DNA from: Betaproteobacteria bacterium
GTDB lineage: Bacteria; Pseudomonadota; Gammaproteobacteria; Burkholderiales; SG8-39
DNA: 64,000 nt
Direction of reading: 5' to 3'
NCBI GenBank assembly: GCA_947476535.1
Contig: CANJRC010000002.1
Span: forward strand, 2,232 to 66,231
Shown here: positions 60,748 through 64,000 of the stretch, piece by piece
How the letters are laid out: each line of letters begins with the position of its first letter
How positions within the stretch are numbered: the first letter of the stretch is position 1
The notes under the pieces: generated by a model
The model's database searches: none
The model's input: only the letters and a program-made list of their open reading frames with translations
Told to the model about the DNA's origin: nothing
Program-made: the position numbers and the translations under genes

Positions 60748-61733
60748 CGTTCCAGGCCTTTCATGATCATGTCTTGCGGCATATTCCTGCCGATGAATAC
60801 CATGGTACTCGAGCGTTTTTCTTCCTTGCCCCAGGTGCGCCCCATCTCCCCGCTCGCCATCATGTGAACGCCCTGAAAAATCACCCGCTGCGGCGTCCCC
60901 AGTACGGAAAGGACACCTTTATAGCGCAACAGATTCTCGCCGTATACCTTGACGATCCCCGAGAGAAACTCTTCCAGCGCCGGTCCGTTGAACGGGTCGG
61001 AGGAACGAAACACGAAGGACGACACATCTTCGTCATGGGTATGCTCGGCATCCTCGAGGAAGGTGGGATCGATCTCGAGCACCGCATTCAGGTTGAAGCC
61101 GCGGATATCGAGGATCTCATCCACCGGTGCATCGCCGAAATTCACCTTCTTGACCGGCGCGCGCGGATTCATCCGCACCAATCGAGCCTTGAGCTTGTCA
61201 GACTCATCCTCCGCCACAAGATCGGTCTTCGAGAGCAGGATGCGATCGGCAAACCCGACTTGGTCCTGCGCCTCGCGAAAATCATCCAGCGTCTTCTGGC
61301 CATGCTTGGCATCGACCACGGTGATCACGCTGTCCAGGAGGTAATAGTCGCCGATTTTTTCATCGAGGAAGAAGGTCTGCGCCACCGGACCGGGGTCAGC
61401 CATGCCCGTGGTCTCGATGATGATGCGCTCGAACCACAGCTTGCCGCTCTCGCGTTTGTCCCTGAGTTCGCCAAGGATGCGCTGCAGATCTCCGCGCACG
61501 GTGCAGCAGATGCAGCCATTGTTCATCTCGACAATCTGCTCATCGCGATCGTCGATCAGGATTTCATTGTCTACGCCCGCCTCGCCGAATTCGTTCTCGA
61601 TGACGGCGATCTTGTGACCGTGCTGCTCCTTGAGGATGCGGTTGAGCAGCGTGGTCTTGCCACTGCCTAGGAATCCGGTCAGGATGGTGACGGGCACCAG
61701 CTTGGGTTGCTTGAGTTGCTGCTTCTTTGCCAT
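60729..61733 (-). CDS. COG0523-family G3E GTPase (putative zinc metallochaperone, CobW/YeiR/ZigA-like)
   Basis: P-loop GFLGSGKTTLLN, metal motif GCICCTVRGDL, and CobW C-terminal domain. Confidence 0.88.
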   Translation of the reverse strand: MAKKQQLKQPKLVPVTILTGFLGSGKTTLLNRILKEQHGHKIAVIENEFGEAGVDNEILIDDRDEQIVEMNNGCICCTVRGDLQRILGELRDKRESGKLWFERIIIETTGMADPGPVAQTFFLDEKIGDYYLLDSVITVVDAKHGQKTLDDFREAQDQVGFADRILLSKTDLVAEDESDKLKARLVRMNPRAPVKKVNFGDAPVDEILDIRGFNLNAVLEIDPTFLEDAEHTHDEDVSSFVFRSSDPFNGPALEEFLSGIVKVYGENLLRYKGVLSVLGTPQRVIFQGVHMMASGEMGRTWGKEEKRSSTMVFIGRNMPQDMIMKGLERCLVRQ

Positions 61734-61772
61734 TTACATTCAACGTTTTTTGATACTAAGGGACTGCGCCCA

Positions 61773-61794
61773 CTTGTCGCAGGTCGGCGACAAG
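61773..61794. promoter_or_regulatory. Perfect 8-bp inverted repeat upstream of the COG0523 operon (candidate operator or structure)
   Basis: CTTGTCGC-AGGTCG-GCGACAAG, 40-60 nt upstream of the COG0523 ATG. Confidence 0.3.
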
Positions 61795-61956
61795 CTTCGG
61801 CCACACACTTCGGCGATCGTTCATCGCCGGAGGCAACCTGCATCGTCGCCAGGCCGCCCAGGGGATTCCCCAAAAGGGCGGCATTAAAACACGCTCAGCG
61901 CTTTGACGCCACCCTCGGGTTATTTGACCGCCTGAAATGCGCCAACAGCCTCTGGC

Positions 61957-63207
61957 CTAGCGCTTCCGGAGCAACAGCCCCTTCAGGTACTCACCCTCCG
62001 GAAATTCCAGCATGACCGGATGGTCGGCCGCGGCGTGAAAACGTTGCTCGATGGCACACGACGCCCCCGCGTCGGCAGCCGCTCCGGCAACGATTTTCTG
62101 AAAAAGATCCGCGCTGACACCGCTCGAGCAGGAAAACGTCGCCAAATACCCGCCCGGGCGCAGCAGTTTCAGGGCGTTCAGGTTGATGTCCTTGTAGCCC
62201 CTTGCTGCGCGCTCCGCATCGCGCGAAGTGGGCGCAAACTTGGGCGGATCGAGAATGATCAGGTCAAATGTCCGCCCTTCACGCCCCAGGTCGCGCAGGT
62301 ACGAAAAGACGTCAGCTTCCACCCAATGGCTGCGCGCAGTATCCAGCGCGTTCAGCGCCACATTCCGCCGTGCCAGCGTGAGCGCCGGAGCGGAACTGTC
62401 CACCGACAGCACCGAAGCGGCGCCGCCGGCCTGCGCAGACAAAGTGAACCCACCCGTGTAACAGAAGCAGTTGAGCACCTCGCGGCCCCGGGCCAGGGCG
62501 GCAACGCTGGCGCGGTTGTCGCGCTGATCCAGGAAGAATCCCGTCTTCTGCCCTGCGCCGATATCCACCAGATAGCGGATGCCGTTCTCACGGATCTCGA
62601 TCACATCGGGCTTCATCTCTGCCACGGCTGACCCCTCACCGTTCAGCATGCCGACGCGGCTGGCCAGTCCTTCCAGTGCCCGCACATCGCCATCGGAACG
62701 CTCGAACAGCAACTTGCACCCGCTGGCCTCGCGCAAGCTCTCGACGATGACATTGCGCCAGCGCTCGGCCCCGGCCGAAGTCAGCTGTACGACCAGCGTG
62801 TCGCCATATCTGTCGGCAACCACGCCCGGCAACGCGTCGGATTCCGCATGCACGAGCCGCAGCGCGTTCGCGTCACCCATGACGGATTGGCGCCGAGCGA
62901 TCGCCGCCGAAACGCGCGCGCGCAGCAGATTTTCATCCGGTTGCTCGGCTTCGGAAAAGCTCCACACGCGGGCGCGAATCTGCGATGCCGGACTGTACGC
63001 CGCCCAAGCCAGGAAGGTCCCGTCGGCGGCGCGTACGCACACCGTGTCGCCGGATCCAGCTTCGCCTTCCAGCCGGTCGATCGCACCTGAAAACACCCAG
63101 GGATGCAGGCGACGCAGCGAGCGCTCCCGCGCAGGCTTGAGGAAAAGCTGCGGGCCTGCTCCGCGCTTGCGGCTGGCAGCGCCCGTAGTGGGCGCCTTTT
63201 CGTTCAT
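61957..63207 (-). CDS. rlmI: 23S rRNA (cytosine1962-C5)-methyltransferase RlmI-like, class I SAM MTase with PUA-like N-domain
   Basis: RRLHPWVFSGAIDRLEG...VLNCFCYTGGF...DLIILDPPKFA...SCS. The start was trimmed to the ATG at 63207 (MNEKAPTT...). Confidence 0.82.
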   Translation of the reverse strand: MNEKAPTTGAASRKRGAGPQLFLKPARERSLRRLHPWVFSGAIDRLEGEAGSGDTVCVRAADGTFLAWAAYSPASQIRARVWSFSEAEQPDENLLRARVSAAIARRQSVMGDANALRLVHAESDALPGVVADRYGDTLVVQLTSAGAERWRNVIVESLREASGCKLLFERSDGDVRALEGLASRVGMLNGEGSAVAEMKPDVIEIRENGIRYLVDIGAGQKTGFFLDQRDNRASVAALARGREVLNCFCYTGGFTLSAQAGGAASVLSVDSSAPALTLARRNVALNALDTARSHWVEADVFSYLRDLGREGRTFDLIILDPPKFAPTSRDAERAARGYKDINLNALKLLRPGGYLATFSCSSGVSADLFQKIVAGAAADAGASCAIEQRFHAAADHPVMLEFPEGEYLKGLLLRKR

Positions 63208-63215
63208 GGTTTTTT

Positions 63216-63533
63216 TCACAGTAGTCCTGATAGTCCGGCCGCAGCCCCAAGTCCGATCATCCACGGTGGATTGACCCGTGTCGCAAGCACCCCAGCGACG
63301 GCGAGGAATGCCATACCACCGAATCCAAGCAGCAGGGAGCGTACGCGCGGCGCGGCAACCATCTTGATCCCTGTAGCGACAAGAAGCCCGCTGGCTGTCG
63401 CCGAAATCCCCAGGATGACAGCTTGCACCTGCTCGATGTGGCCGTAACTGGAGTACAGGGCTCCCAGGCACAAAATAATCGCCCCCGGGGCAGGCGCAAC
63501 CCACTCTACGCCGTTCTGGCTCGATTTATTCAC
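63216..63533 (-). pseudogene. Chromate transporter (ChrA)-family C-terminal fragment, or a small membrane protein
   Basis: ...VQAVILGISATASGLLVATGIKMVAAP...LLGFGGMAFLAVAGVLATRVNPPWMIGLGAAAGL resembles only the last 2-3 helices of a ChrA half. There is no room for the rest, because the xerC stop is at 63583. Confidence 0.35.
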
Positions 63534-63582
63534 GCCTGGCTTTCGGGAACATATCTGGCCCCGACGGTTGCGCCTGGCCGCA

Positions 63583-64000
63583 TCATTTGCGTTTGGCCCG
63601 CGGATGCGCCTGGTCATACACCTTCGCAAGATGCTGGAAGTCTAGGTGCGTATACACCTGAGTCGTTGAGATGCTGGCATGGCCGAGCATTTCCTGCACC
63701 GCGCGCAGATCACCGGAGGACTGGAGCACATGGGTGGCAAAAGAATGACGCAGCATATGCGGATGCACAGCCAGGCCGAGCTTGCGGCCCCAGCGTGACA
63801 GGCGCTCCTCAACCACCCGCGGGGACACACGTTGACCCCGCGCCCCCACAAATAGCGCAGCCTCGTCAGGCTGCGCCAGTTCGCCACGAACCCTTAACCA
63901 CTCAGTAAGCGCCAAGGCCGCCTTGGCCCCGACCGGAACGTTGCGGGACTTCGCCCCCTTACCCAGGACCGTGACCTCCCGGCCGACTGCGATGTCACGC
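63583..64000 (-). CDS. xerC: Tyrosine recombinase XerC (3' part; gene runs off the right edge)
   Basis: [58 protein letters not shown] closely parallels the E. coli XerC C-terminus, including the catalytic Tyr. Confidence 0.85.
   Translation of the reverse strand, partial: RDIAVGREVTVLGKGAKSRNVPVGAKAALALTEWLRVRGELAQPDEAALFVGARGQRVSPRVVEERLSRWGRKLGLAVHPHMLRHSFATHVLQSSGDLRAVQEMLGHASISTTQVYTHLDFQHLAKVYDQAHPRAKRK

Overview
High-GC (~60%+) chromosomal window that looks betaproteobacterial (HslV pro-sequence MEQFHGTT, lipoyl-domain-bearing E3, glnA-DUF4124-ntrBC order). It is densely packed, mostly minus-strand, and dominated by housekeeping genes. Left to right: end of a polysaccharide cluster (CapD/WbpM-like and GT4 WbpL-like); a small decayed tRNA-Ala(CGC)-linked islet (integrase stub, Fic, truncated toxin plus antitoxin); SapC; tsaC-purE-purC; a tkt-gap-pgk-pyk-fba (class I) block; nudC; FAH; a SET-domain protein and DUF4189; typA; rsmE; argA; yggX; phoU; rpiA; aceE-aceF-lpdA; SDR plus a TRAP transporter; prlC; a DUF4124/tandem thioredoxin-fold protein; xthA; aceB; glnA-DUF4124-ntrB-ntrC with a sigma-54 promoter; rhodanese; uppP; slmA-like; HAD nucleotidase; an orphan M15A peptidase; argB; hsp20; PCuAC; hslVU; a six-gene putative zinc-limitation operon (COG0523, Cys-poor DksA2-like, small exported protein, beta-barrel OMP, ZnuA-like SBP, ABC-3 permease); rlmI; a ChrA-like fragment; xerC (partial). 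I found no rRNA, CRISPR array, intact IS/transposase or obvious new multi-gene defence system. The most unusual points are: (1) an ~80-bp palindromic intergenic repeat family with several copies, all just 3' of genes; (2) the zinc operon, with a DksA paralog retaining only one of the four zinc-finger cysteines and an ABC importer with no adjacent ATPase; (3) the decayed islet, where the fic 3' end replaces the start of a toxin gene. Many long ORFs in the supplied track are antisense or N-terminally over-extended artefacts of high GC. I trimmed starts where an internal ATG with a Shine-Dalgarno sequence and family-typical N-terminus was visible. All family assignments are from motif and sequence recognition by eye, not database searches.
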